NCBI GenBank assembly: GCA_044345075.1
Contig: JBIJBU010000002.1
Span: 1-53,473 of the forward strand
Length of the DNA: 53,473 nt
From: Candidatus Nanopelagicales bacterium
GTDB lineage: Bacteria > Actinomycetota > Actinomycetes > S36-B12
Reading direction: 5' to 3'
A program made the position numbers and the translations under genes. Under the pieces are notes generated by a model that was not told the origin of the DNA, ran no database searches, and was given only the letters and a program-made list of their open reading frames with translations. Positions 16,499 to 25,202 of the stretch are shown here, piece after piece (the first letter of the stretch is position 1; every line of letters begins with the position of its first letter).

Positions 16499-17797
16499 GT
16501 GACCGATAGCTCGGCAGCCTGGTTCGCACGTGCTCAGCAGGTGATCCCCGGTGGCGTGAGCTCACCGGTGCGTGCCTTCCGTTCAGTCGGTGGAACACCG
16601 CCCTACGTGGCCAGTGCACATGGCGCGATCATCACGGACGTTGAGGGCAAGAATTACGTCGATCTCGTCGGCGCCTGGGGCCCGGCCATCCTCGGTCACG
16701 CCCACCCCGCAGTCGTTGCAGCGACGCAAAGTGCGATAGCCGATTCCTTCTCGTTCGGCGCTCCCTGCCCGCCCGAGGTCGAGCTTGCCGAGGAGATCGT
16801 CCGCCGGGTCGGCGCCGTCGATCGCGTGCGCTTCACCAACTCCGGCACTGAAGCAGTGATGACTGCCTTGCGTCTCGCACGCGCGAAGAGCGGTCGCGAT
16901 GTCATCGTGAAGTTCGCCGGTTGCTACCACGGCCACGCCGACTCCATGCTCGTTGCTGCCGGCTCCGGTGTTGCCACCCTTGGCTTGCCTGACTCCCCTG
17001 GCGTGACCGAGGGAACCGCGAAGGACACCCTCACCCTTGATTACGGGAACATCGCCGCGCTCGAGGCACTCTTCGCTGAGCATGGCGATCGCATCGCCGC
17101 GGTGATCACCGAGGCGATCCCCGCCAATATGGGAGTCGTGCCGCCGCCCGCAGGGTTCAACAAGGCGATCCGCGATCTCACCTCCAAGCACGGCGCCGTG
17201 ATGATCCTCGATGAGGTCATGACCGGCTTCCGCGTCTCCCGCGACGGCTGGTGGGGCATCGAGGGCAAGGCGGAGGGCTGGGCCCCCGACCTCTTCACCT
17301 TCGGCAAGGTCATCGGTGGCGGTATGCCCTTGGCTGCTGTTGCAGGTAGCGCCGAGATCATGGATCTCCTCGCCCCCGCAGGCCCGGTCTACCAAGCGGG
17401 CACGCTGAGCGGTAACCCAACAGCGACAACGGCAGGCCTCGTCACACTTCAGTACTGCACCGACGATGTCTATGTCCGCCTCAACGACACGGCTACGCAG
17501 GTTCAGTCCATCATCACCGATGCACTGAACGCTGCCGGCATTCCGAACTCACCTCAGCGTGCCGGCAATCTGTTCAGCTGGTTCTTCACAGCAGACCAGG
17601 TGCATACCTACGACGAGGCGAAGACCCAGAACACCAAGGCCTTCGGAGCGTTCTTCCATTCCATGCTCGAGAACGGCGTATGGCTACCGCCATCGGCTTA
17701 CGAAGCGTGGTTCGTCTCTGCTGCGCATGGTGACCGCGAGCTCGAGATCATCAGCGCTGCTGCGCCGACGGCAGCTCGCGCCGCAGCCTCTGTCTGA
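16499..17797 (+). CDS. hemL: glutamate-1-semialdehyde 2,1-aminomutase
   Basis: [30 protein letters not shown] and the PLP lysine in [13 protein letters not shown] start. Confidence 0.92.
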   Translation: MTDSSAAWFARAQQVIPGGVSSPVRAFRSVGGTPPYVASAHGAIITDVEGKNYVDLVGAWGPAILGHAHPAVVAATQSAIADSFSFGAPCPPEVELAEEIVRRVGAVDRVRFTNSGTEAVMTALRLARAKSGRDVIVKFAGCYHGHADSMLVAAGSGVATLGLPDSPGVTEGTAKDTLTLDYGNIAALEALFAEHGDRIAAVITEAIPANMGVVPPPAGFNKAIRDLTSKHGAVMILDEVMTGFRVSRDGWWGIEGKAEGWAPDLFTFGKVIGGGMPLAAVAGSAEIMDLLAPAGPVYQAGTLSGNPTATTAGLVTLQYCTDDVYVRLNDTATQVQSIITDALNAAGIPNSPQRAGNLFSWFFTADQVHTYDEAKTQNTKAFGAFFHSMLENGVWLPPSAYEAWFVSAAHGDRELEIISAAAPTAARAAASV

Positions 17798-17798
17798 A

Positions 17799-18452
17799 CT
17801 ACGCCCAGATGGGCAGTGAATCGTCAGCGCTGAACGTCACGCCGGTCACCTGTTCGGGATTCGCGACGAAGTAGTACACAGCCTCAGCGATTTCATAAAT
17901 GCTCAACGGCTCTCGAGTGGCCCGCTCCTCGGCATTGAGGTGCTCCAGAAAGGCATCGGCATCGGTGCCCGCGTAAGGCAGCCGTGAACCGTGCCCCTCG
18001 ACGGTCAGATACGGCGCAACCGTATTGATGCGCACGCGTGGCTCCGCGGCCGCGAGAGCCGAAGTCACCTCAGTGATCTCAGCCAAGGAGTGCGCGCGAA
18101 TTGCCTCGATGCCGAGCAGGTTCACTATCGCGCCGTTCATCTCACCGAGGAATGGCTCGGTTGCCGCGCGCACGAAGTCGATCCCCACAGACTCGGAGAC
18201 GGGTACGCGGTCGCAGTTCACGACGCAGTCGAGACCATTTCCGCGAGCGGCGGCCGATTCGACCATGGCGCGATACGACTCGAGGTTGCCGATCTCTGCG
18301 CGAATCTGGGCGCGGCTGAAGTGCGAAGTGTGGGCCAGCTCATCGGCACCCATGACGAACCAGCCATTGCGGATGAACTCATAGCCGACAGCCTCTCCGA
18401 CGGCGGTGTGAATGCCGGTGATGAGGACGGAGGGGGCATGGCTAGCAGGCAT
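17799..18452 (-). CDS. short SDR-like Rossmann protein with degenerate catalytic motif
   Basis: VLITGIHTAVGEAVG (TGxxxxxG) and INTVAP resemble SDRs, but I see no YxxxK. Only 217 aa. Confidence 0.5.
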   Translation of the reverse strand: MPASHAPSVLITGIHTAVGEAVGYEFIRNGWFVMGADELAHTSHFSRAQIRAEIGNLESYRAMVESAAARGNGLDCVVNCDRVPVSESVGIDFVRAATEPFLGEMNGAIVNLLGIEAIRAHSLAEITEVTSALAAAEPRVRINTVAPYLTVEGHGSRLPYAGTDADAFLEHLNAEERATREPLSIYEIAEAVYYFVANPEQVTGVTFSADDSLPIWA

Positions 18453-18536
18453 GGCACCAGTCTTGCACCTGCCTGCTCACGAGCAGCTCGGAGGAGGAAG
18501 AATGGGCCCGCGCTCCTGGTCTCGGCCAGAGTGCAT

Positions 18537-18609
18537 GCGCCCGTAGCTCAATGGATAGAGCTACTGGTTTCTACCCAGTCGGTTGGGGGTTCGAGTCCCT
18601 CCGGGCGCA
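18537..18609 (+). tRNA. tRNA-Arg (anticodon TCT)
   Basis: Cloverleaf by hand: acceptor GCGCCCG/CGGGCGC, D arm GCTC-AATGGATA-GAGC, anticodon arm ACTGG-TTTCTAC-CCAGT, T loop TTCGAGT. CCA is not encoded. Confidence 0.9.
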
Positions 18610-18677
18610 CTTGCGTGTGGGAATCGTCCCAGCGCTGAGCAACTCGATCATCGGGAATGTGAACTCGAGAGTCGGTC

Positions 18678-19598
18678 TCATCGGTCATGCACTCCGACGT
18701 GCAGCCGAGCCACCACCACTTCCGCGATGACAGCGTCCTGCGCCCCGAGTCCGCACAGGTCGGCCACGGTGATCTGCTCGTCCGTGGTCCGACCCGGACG
18801 CCGATCCGTGAGCACCTCGCCGAGCGTGACGGCTCGGGCGCGGACGCTGCGGTCGGCGTGCTGCAGTTCTCCGGCGTAAGAGGCAACCGAGAGGTCGTCG
18901 CACACGACGACCTCGGCGAGCGCTAGCAGGTCGGCGGCGAGTTCCTGCTTGCCTGCCGTGTCGGATCCGATCGCGGTCACGTGCGTGCCGGGCCGCACCC
19001 ATTTGGCCTGGATGAGCGGCGTCCGGCTGCCGGTCGCCGTGACGACGATGTCGGTGGCGGCCACTGCGTCAGCGAGGTTGTCCACCGGTTCGGCGCCGAC
19101 GTCAGTAGCCAGTGCAGCCGTCTTGGCGTGGTCCCGTCCCCATACGGCGACGCGCAGTTGGGGGAGAGCCGCGCGGTGTGCGTGGATCTGCGCACGGGCC
19201 TGGTCGCCGGACCCGACTATCAGGAGTCGTCTGGCGTCCGGTCGCGCCAGCGTCATCGTGGCGAGGGCTCCGGCTGCGGCCGTGCGCATCTGTGTCAGCA
19301 AGCCGTCGTCGGCGAGCAGCCAGCGCGCGGCGCCGGTCCCGGCGTCCAGGACGACGGTGAACCCGGTCGGGCCGGCACCGGGGAAGTCGCCGGTCGCGAC
19401 CTTGAAGCACAGGACGGTCGAACCCCTTAAGTGCGCGCCCTTGATGTGCACCTCGCCGCCGCCTCTCGGTCGCATCTCGAACTGGTCCGGCTGGTCGACC
19501 TCCCCGTCGGCCACGGCGTGGAACGCGCGTCGTGCCGCATCGAGAGCGTCGCTACACGAGACACTCGCCGCCACGGTGGCTCTGTCGACGACCTGCAT
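18678..19598 (-). CDS. ornithine cyclodeaminase / mu-crystallin family NAD-dependent enzyme
   Basis: MQVVDRATV..., TQMRTAAAGALAT, LLIVGSGDQARAQI and TAIGSDTAGKQEL, the typical OCD_Mu_crystall layout. Start trimmed to ATG 19598. Confidence 0.8.
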   Translation of the reverse strand: MQVVDRATVAASVSCSDALDAARRAFHAVADGEVDQPDQFEMRPRGGGEVHIKGAHLRGSTVLCFKVATGDFPGAGPTGFTVVLDAGTGAARWLLADDGLLTQMRTAAAGALATMTLARPDARRLLIVGSGDQARAQIHAHRAALPQLRVAVWGRDHAKTAALATDVGAEPVDNLADAVAATDIVVTATGSRTPLIQAKWVRPGTHVTAIGSDTAGKQELAADLLALAEVVVCDDLSVASYAGELQHADRSVRARAVTLGEVLTDRRPGRTTDEQITVADLCGLGAQDAVIAEVVVARLHVGVHDR

Positions 19599-19617
19599 CG
19601 GGCTACTACTGCCCTTC

Positions 19618-20247
19618 TCAGTCACGCAAGTCCTGACTTTCCTTGCGCATGGCATAGACGGTCGCTCGTGACACGTCAAGGGCGACGGCAACGTGCGCGG
19701 CGGCGTTGCGGGTGTCGAAGACGCCCCGATCGACCAGGTCCCCGACGAGGGCTAGGCGATCGCCTCTATCGAGCGCCGTCCGTGTCACATCACGTTCCCG
19801 GCACCAGTCGTCGATCAGGCCGTTCAAGTGTGCCCTCCAATCGCGATGGAAGAGCGCCTCAGGCTTCTCCACCCGCGGCGCAGCGAAGGCGGCGAGCACG
19901 AGGGCCGCGGAGTCCAGGGCCGACCGGTCGAAGTTGAAGCACAACAGCAATCGACCCTGATCGACGCGCACGCTCACCGACGACAGCCGTCGACCGTGAC
20001 GGTCGACCTGCTCGTACGGGCCGAGAACCTGACCCGGCGGGACGTCGGCGAGCAGCGCGGGGTCGAGCAGCGACTCCGCGCCGGGCTTCCTGGCCGAGAA
20101 TGCGTTCCAGATGGCCACCACGCGGTCTTTGTTGACATCGTGCAGCACCACCTCGACGTGCGGGTGGAACAGTGTCGTGACGGCCGCAGCCGTAGCAGCC
20201 ACGTCCGCGGACACAGGACCTAAACGGTCGCGCCGAACAGCAGCCAT
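19618..20247 (-). CDS. YheO/DauR-like transcriptional regulator (PAS-like N-domain + C-terminal HTH)
   Basis: LFHPHVEVVLHDVNKDRVVAIWN (YheO-like domain) and C-terminal AAAHVAVALDVSRATVYAMRK (HTH). Confidence 0.7.
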   Translation of the reverse strand: MAAVRRDRLGPVSADVAATAAAVTTLFHPHVEVVLHDVNKDRVVAIWNAFSARKPGAESLLDPALLADVPPGQVLGPYEQVDRHGRRLSSVSVRVDQGRLLLCFNFDRSALDSAALVLAAFAAPRVEKPEALFHRDWRAHLNGLIDDWCRERDVTRTALDRGDRLALVGDLVDRGVFDTRNAAAHVAVALDVSRATVYAMRKESQDLRD

Positions 20248-20261
20248 GATCTGGACGATAC

Positions 20262-20274
20262 GTCTAATCTAGAC
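20262..20274. promoter_or_regulatory. AT-rich palindrome GTCTA-ATC-TAGAC in the divergent regulator/aminotransferase spacer
   Basis: It lies 15 nt upstream of the regulator ATG (20247) in an otherwise GC-rich 106-bp spacer. Confidence 0.25.
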
Positions 20275-20353
20275 ACTAAGTCAACGTCGTCGTACCGTCG
20301 GCCACCAATCCGTATCGGTCCGGCGAGATCCGCATCCAGGGACGAGGCCCACC

Positions 20354-21748
20354 ATGAGTACAACGAATCATCCGCACGTCGACGAGGCGGTAATCCAGCG
20401 CGCCCGCGAGATCTTGAACCGCGAACTGACCGCCTTTGCCGCGCGCACGCCACGGTCGACGAAGTGGCTCGCCGACGCCGAGCAGCGGATGCCCGGCGGT
20501 GTCCCGATGGCGTGGATGCGCTCGCTCTACCGCCACGCCCCAGTGGTCGTCGCCCGTGGCTGGGGGTCGCGATTCGAAGACATTGACGGCAACGTGTATG
20601 TCGACTTCAACGCCTGCGACCTCGCGATGCCGGCGGGCTTCGCCCCCGAGCCCATCGTGCGCGCGATCCACGACCAGGCGCTGCTGGGCAACCACTTCCT
20701 GCTCCCGACTACGGATGCTGTCGAGGTGTGCCGGCTGCTCACTGAGCGCTTCGGCCTTCCGCAGTGGCAGTTCACCTTGTCGGCAACCGGTGCCAACACC
20801 GACGCCATTCGCATCGCGCGCGTGGCCACCGGCCGATCCACGATCCTCGTGTTCGACGGCAAATACCACGGGCATCTCGATCAGACTCTGTGGTCACGCA
20901 GCGAAAACGGAGGTCTTGAGGGCGACCTCACCGGCCTCGACCCCTCTACCGCGCAGACAACCGACGTCCTCCCATACAACGACCCCGACGCGCTCCGGGC
21001 TCGATTAGCCCGTGGCGATGTCGCCGCGGTCGTCGTCGAATCGGCGCTGACAAACTGCGGGCTCGTGCTCCCCTCCCCCGAGTTCGTCGCCTCGCTCAAC
21101 ACCGATGTGCGCGCGGCCGGCGCCGTACTCATCGTCGACGAGACACACGTCCAGTTCGCCGTCCACGGCGGAGGCACGGTCGCCTTCGGTCTCGAGCCCG
21201 ACATGCTCACCGGAGGCAAGGGCATCGGCGGCGGCGTGCCGATCGGGGTCATCGGCATGACCGACGCCCTCGCTGAGATCATGACCGTCAACCGCGACCA
21301 TGACCCCGGCCTTGTGGAGACCGGCGATGCCCACGGCCTGGCGGTCGGCGGAACCCTCTACGGCAACGCGCTTTCTCTGGCAGCGGCACGCGTCGGTCTC
21401 AGTGAAATCTTCACCCCCGAGGCTGGCGCCAGAGTTGACGCCCTCGGCGCGCGGCTCCAGACGGGGCTGCAGCGTGAGGTCGACCGCGTCGGACTGCCGT
21501 GGACCATCGACAGGCTCGGCGGACGGATCCAGTTCCGCCTCACCCCGCACGCCCCCCGAAACGGAGCCGAGAGTTTCGCCTCCGTCGTTCTTCCCCTGGC
21601 CGACGCCCGCAAGGTGTTCCTGCTCAACCGCGGCGTATGGGACTCCATCGCCACCGCCGGACCGTCGGTCTCCTACGCCATCGACGAAACAGACGTCGAC
21701 ACCTACCTCGATACCGCGGCCGACTTCCTCAACGAGCTCACCTGCTGA
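20354..21748 (+). CDS. class-III (GSAM-like) PLP aminotransferase/aminomutase paralogue
   Basis: 464 aa, with MPGGVP, SATGANTDAIRIAR, FDGKYHGH, IVDETH and the PLP lysine in TGGKGIGGGVPIG (cf Hem[11 protein letters not shown]). Confidence 0.8.
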   Translation: MSTTNHPHVDEAVIQRAREILNRELTAFAARTPRSTKWLADAEQRMPGGVPMAWMRSLYRHAPVVVARGWGSRFEDIDGNVYVDFNACDLAMPAGFAPEPIVRAIHDQALLGNHFLLPTTDAVEVCRLLTERFGLPQWQFTLSATGANTDAIRIARVATGRSTILVFDGKYHGHLDQTLWSRSENGGLEGDLTGLDPSTAQTTDVLPYNDPDALRARLARGDVAAVVVESALTNCGLVLPSPEFVASLNTDVRAAGAVLIVDETHVQFAVHGGGTVAFGLEPDMLTGGKGIGGGVPIGVIGMTDALAEIMTVNRDHDPGLVETGDAHGLAVGGTLYGNALSLAAARVGLSEIFTPEAGARVDALGARLQTGLQREVDRVGLPWTIDRLGGRIQFRLTPHAPRNGAESFASVVLPLADARKVFLLNRGVWDSIATAGPSVSYAIDETDVDTYLDTAADFLNELTC

Positions 21749-21926
21749 CCGGTATCAGGAACGCCCTTCTTAACCGCCATGCATGCCGGACGGATTCTGG
21801 ATTTGCGGTGACAGGAACGCCAAGCAATTAGTCAGATTGGTCGTGATTCAAGCGTCACTCCACCCGACGCCGAAGGAGAACTGCTTAACGTCTGCTCTCG
21901 TCCAGCTACCTGAACGACAGCTCCTA

Positions 21927-22430
21927 CTACTCAACTCTGATGTTTGATGCCTGCTCACCTTTAGGCCCAGTGATCACATCGAAGGAGACGCGCTGGTTTT
22001 CCGCCAAGCTCTTGAACGCGGATAGCTGGATGGCTGAGAAGTGCGCGAAGATGTCCTGCCCACCACCGTCGGGGGTTATGAATCCGAATCCCTTACTGTC
22101 GTTAAACCACTTCACTGTCCCTGTCGCGCCCTTGAGCGTGCTGGGCTTGGTGACGGTCGACTTGCAATCAGTCTCGGATCCCTCACAAGTGCAGGTGACT
22201 TCTCCGCCAACATTCGTGCACGTCCACGAGGCGATAACTGGCTCAGCGGGAATCTCAGCGGGCGATGATGACACCGGAGTCGACGGGGCAGGTGCGGCGC
22301 TGGAAGCTTCAGGTGCTGAAGCAGCGGTCGACGCAGTGTCCGGCGTGGAAGAAGCGCAGCCCGAGAGGAGGAGCGCTCCCGCAGCAGCAATGGCTACCGC
22401 CACTGTCGTAACCATTCTCGGTGCATGCAT
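21927..22430 (-). CDS. predicted lipoprotein with Ser/Ala/Pro linker, 4-Cys module and C-terminal cold-shock domain
   Basis: [25 protein letters not shown] (n-region, h-region, lipobox LSGC), then [21 protein letters not shown]. The C-terminal part is [64 protein letters not shown], with CspA-type RNP1 KGFGFI and RNP2 DIFAHF. AAAGG RBS lies 8 nt before ATG 22430. Many A/T-ending codons. Confidence 0.7.
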   Translation of the reverse strand: MHAPRMVTTVAVAIAAAGALLLSGCASSTPDTASTAASAPEASSAAPAPSTPVSSSPAEIPAEPVIASWTCTNVGGEVTCTCEGSETDCKSTVTKPSTLKGATGTVKWFNDSKGFGFITPDGGGQDIFAHFSAIQLSAFKSLAENQRVSFDVITGPKGEQASNIRVE

Positions 22431-22517
22431 GGCTGTGAACCTTTCGCTGTCTCTACGCTGCACCCGCAGCGACAACTCGGAGTATCGCTGCCCCAAGGCT
22501 GACGAACAAATCACGAG

Positions 22518-23243
22518 CTAATGCGCAGCACCCTGCACTTGAACGCCCGCGGTCCGCTGCACCGACAAGTGAACGTCATTTCCTGCCACGCACGAGACCA
22601 CGTGACCTCCCGCCTTTCGGTCAGCGGTGAGTCCGTGAAGATGCAGCCCCGGAGCACCCGTGCCGGCGAGATCAGCGCCGGTGCGGAATCCGACGAGCAC
22701 CGCACGCCGTTGGCTGAGCGGGAACAAGGTCTGCTTAGCCACCACCTGCGAAAGTGGCGGATACGGAACGGTCTGCGCCGGAACGCTTCGGAAGGTGAGA
22801 TCAGAGAAGGTTCCGCGCACGCGCACGGCAACCATTCCCTGTTCCGATTTCGCAAGCGCGTTCACGCCTGCGAGCAGATTGGCGCACGTGGTGCCGGGAG
22901 GAACCGGGCCTGAAGCCGTCGGGACGAACTTCACAGATTCGAGGAATGGCGTCGACTGACTTCCGTCGATGATGACAGGAGTGCCGTCGGTGCCCACGCG
23001 ATACGACTCTCCTCCGACCATGATCAGTTCACCGTCGAGGTGGTCGAAGGTTCCGAGACCAAGCGTCGCGCCCTTCGACGCGGATTTGATCGGCGCAAGG
23101 CCGGCGTAGTTGGGCGAGACGAGGTAGTCATACGTGCCGATCTGCTGCACCCACTCATCACCATCTGCGGCAGCGGCGATCGGAGATATCAGTCCACCGA
23201 TTATCACTCCGGCAATCACTGCGCTGACCAGGCGGATCTTCAT
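22518..23243 (-). CDS. alpha-acetolactate decarboxylase family protein with Sec signal peptide
   Basis: MKIRLVSAVIAGVIIGGLISPIAAAADG, then LGLGTFDHLDGELIM, AVRVRGTF and GLHLHGLTADRKAGGHV (His triad retained). GGGGAGAAG RBS precedes ATG 23243. Confidence 0.8.
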   Translation of the reverse strand: MKIRLVSAVIAGVIIGGLISPIAAAADGDEWVQQIGTYDYLVSPNYAGLAPIKSASKGATLGLGTFDHLDGELIMVGGESYRVGTDGTPVIIDGSQSTPFLESVKFVPTASGPVPPGTTCANLLAGVNALAKSEQGMVAVRVRGTFSDLTFRSVPAQTVPYPPLSQVVAKQTLFPLSQRRAVLVGFRTGADLAGTGAPGLHLHGLTADRKAGGHVVSCVAGNDVHLSVQRTAGVQVQGAAH

Positions 23244-23349
23244 CGGCACTTCTCCCCTTGTGAGCCGGACACCCAGCGTGGGACCAGCGTAGTTGTGGTC
23301 GCATGGGGCATTAGCGTTGCCGCATGAACTCAGGGCAGCAGGTCTTCAC

Positions 23350-24096
23350 ATGCTGATCCTGGAGTTTCTCACCGCGATCGCCGCTGGCCTGCTGGCCGGC
23401 CTCACCGGTGGTGGTGGCGGGATGTTCTTTGTGCCGGTGCTTCTCTTTGCCGGCGTGCCTGTCGTGCAAGCTCTCGGGACAAGCAATCTCGGCATTCTCA
23501 TCACGAGCGCGGCAGGAACACTGGCCAATGCCCGCCACGGCCTGGTGCCCTGGCGGCGGGTGATGTTGCTGGGGATCCCGGCAATCATCGTCGCGCCACT
23601 GGGCGCATGGATCGCCCTGCAACTGCCCGGCAAACTGCTCATCGCCGGCTTCATCGTGATGAACATCGTCAACATCGTGCTGACCGGGCGAAAGCCCGCA
23701 GAGCATGACCATCACCATCAGGGCAAGGCGCCCACGACCTTCGAATACGCCGCAACGGGTGGTTCGGGCGGATTGCTCTCAGGGCTGTTCGGCATCGGAG
23801 GCGGACTCATCGTCGTGCCGCTTCAGATCCTCTGGCTCTCGACTCCGATCAAGATTGCTGCCCGCGCGTCACTAGCCGTGATCATGCTCTCGAGCGCAGC
23901 TGCAGTGGTCGGGCACGCGATCCTTGACGACAACATCCTCTGGACGACAGGCATCTTGCTCGGCATCGGCGGAATCATCGGGGCTCCGCTTGGCACGATT
24001 CTGCTGCGCCGAATCAGCCCGACAGCAGCGACTCGAATACTCCAGTGCGTGCTACTCGGCGTCTCGATCGCACTCGCCTGGCAGCTGTTCAGCTAG
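23350..24096 (+). CDS. TauE/SafE family sulfite/anion exporter (membrane protein)
   Basis: MLILEFLTAIAAGLLAGLTGGGGGMFFVPVLL..., with a second half GGSGGLLSGLFGIGGGLIVVPL. A duplicated 4-TM layout. Confidence 0.75.
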   Translation: MLILEFLTAIAAGLLAGLTGGGGGMFFVPVLLFAGVPVVQALGTSNLGILITSAAGTLANARHGLVPWRRVMLLGIPAIIVAPLGAWIALQLPGKLLIAGFIVMNIVNIVLTGRKPAEHDHHHQGKAPTTFEYAATGGSGGLLSGLFGIGGGLIVVPLQILWLSTPIKIAARASLAVIMLSSAAAVVGHAILDDNILWTTGILLGIGGIIGAPLGTILLRRISPTAATRILQCVLLGVSIALAWQLFS

Positions 24097-24102
24097 AGCG
24101 AA

Positions 24103-25065
24103 CTACGCGAGTGCCGCCTTCAGAGCCTCAATGCGTCGACCGGAAATCTTCGCGCTCAGTGCTGCAGCCGGAGCGAACACCTCGGAGGCGTGGTACGCAC
24201 CGGGATACACGATGAATTCGACAGTGCCGCCGTCGGCCTTGAGCTTCTCGACGAACGCGATGTCTTCGTCCATGAACATGTCACAGTCGCCCACGTCGAT
24301 GAACATCGGCGGCAGGTTGCTGAGATCAGTGGCACGCGCCGGTGCCGAGTACTGGTCAGCCGGCTTACCGCCGAGGTACCAGCTCCAGGCCTCGATATTC
24401 CCCGCACGATCCCAGATACCCAGGTCGACAACTGCCTTGCTCGACTCGGTCTCATTGCGATCGTCGATCATCGGGTACGGAGCCATGACGAAGGAAATGA
24501 TCGGCGTTCCACGATCGCGAGCAACGAGTGCAGTGGCGATCGCCAGACCACCGCCGGCGCTTCCGCCGTAAACCGCGAGTCGAGTCGGGTCGAAGCCGAG
24601 CTCACTGGATGCAGCGTGCATCCAGCGCAGGGCTGCGTAGCAGTCCTCGATTGCCGCAGGTGCCGGGCTCTCAGGCGCGAGTCGGTAGTCAACCGAGACC
24701 ACGACAGCGCCGGTGAACTCGCACAGTGCGGCAGCAGCAAGGCTGTCGGTCTCCAGGTTGCCCAGGATCATGCCGCCGCCGTGGATGAAGAGGATGCCTG
24801 GCTTACTCGCTGCGGGAGTATTTGGACGGTAGACGCGGATCGCGATGTCAGGAGCACCAGCCGGGCCCGGAATGCTCGAATCCTCGATGGAAATGTTCGG
24901 GTTCGGCGGGATGTCAGCCGTCATCATCGCGAGCATGCCGTCGAGCGTGGCTCGGCGAGTGGCGAGATCGGCAATGGCATTGAAGCCGCCGGGCAACGCC
25001 GCGTTCAGGGCATCCAGCGGGATACGGGACTCCGGGTCGACCCGGTCAATCATCGACATCTGCAC
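24103..25065 (-). CDS. alpha/beta hydrolase, hormone-sensitive-lipase-like esterase
   Basis: Oxyanion motif FIHGGGM and nucleophile elbow YGGSAGG. Confidence 0.8.
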   Translation of the reverse strand: MQMSMIDRVDPESRIPLDALNAALPGGFNAIADLATRRATLDGMLAMMTADIPPNPNISIEDSSIPGPAGAPDIAIRVYRPNTPAASKPGILFIHGGGMILGNLETDSLAAAALCEFTGAVVVSVDYRLAPESPAPAAIEDCYAALRWMHAASSELGFDPTRLAVYGGSAGGGLAIATALVARDRGTPIISFVMAPYPMIDDRNETESSKAVVDLGIWDRAGNIEAWSWYLGGKPADQYSAPARATDLSNLPPMFIDVGDCDMFMDEDIAFVEKLKADGGTVEFIVYPGAYHASEVFAPAAALSAKISGRRIEALKAALA

Positions 25066-25202
25066 TCCTTGAGCGTTTCAACTGTGAATGCGCGAATCGT
25101 CACACACTCACCCCGGTCCTGCAGGGGAAATCCTCGAAGATTGGGTCCCGCGGCCTTGGGGTGTCCGCCACAAGGGCCCGGCTCGATAGAGAGAATGGAC
25201 TC

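Noticed and set aside
22106-22127. Internal GTG (VKWFN...) as the start of a stand-alone 62-aa cold-shock protein
   Set aside because: It is possible but less likely. It would truncate the first beta-strand (GTVKWFN) and has no convincing RBS. The upstream 100 in-frame codons form a coherent signal peptide, lipobox and linker, and have their own RBS. It is kept as the main refutation test for the lipoprotein-CSD finding.
18537-23249. Integrative genomic island at tRNA-Arg
   Set aside because: I found no integrase, recombinase or excisionase. I also found no direct repeat of the tRNA 3' end downstream. I therefore report only 'accessory-looking modules next to a tRNA', not a mobile element.
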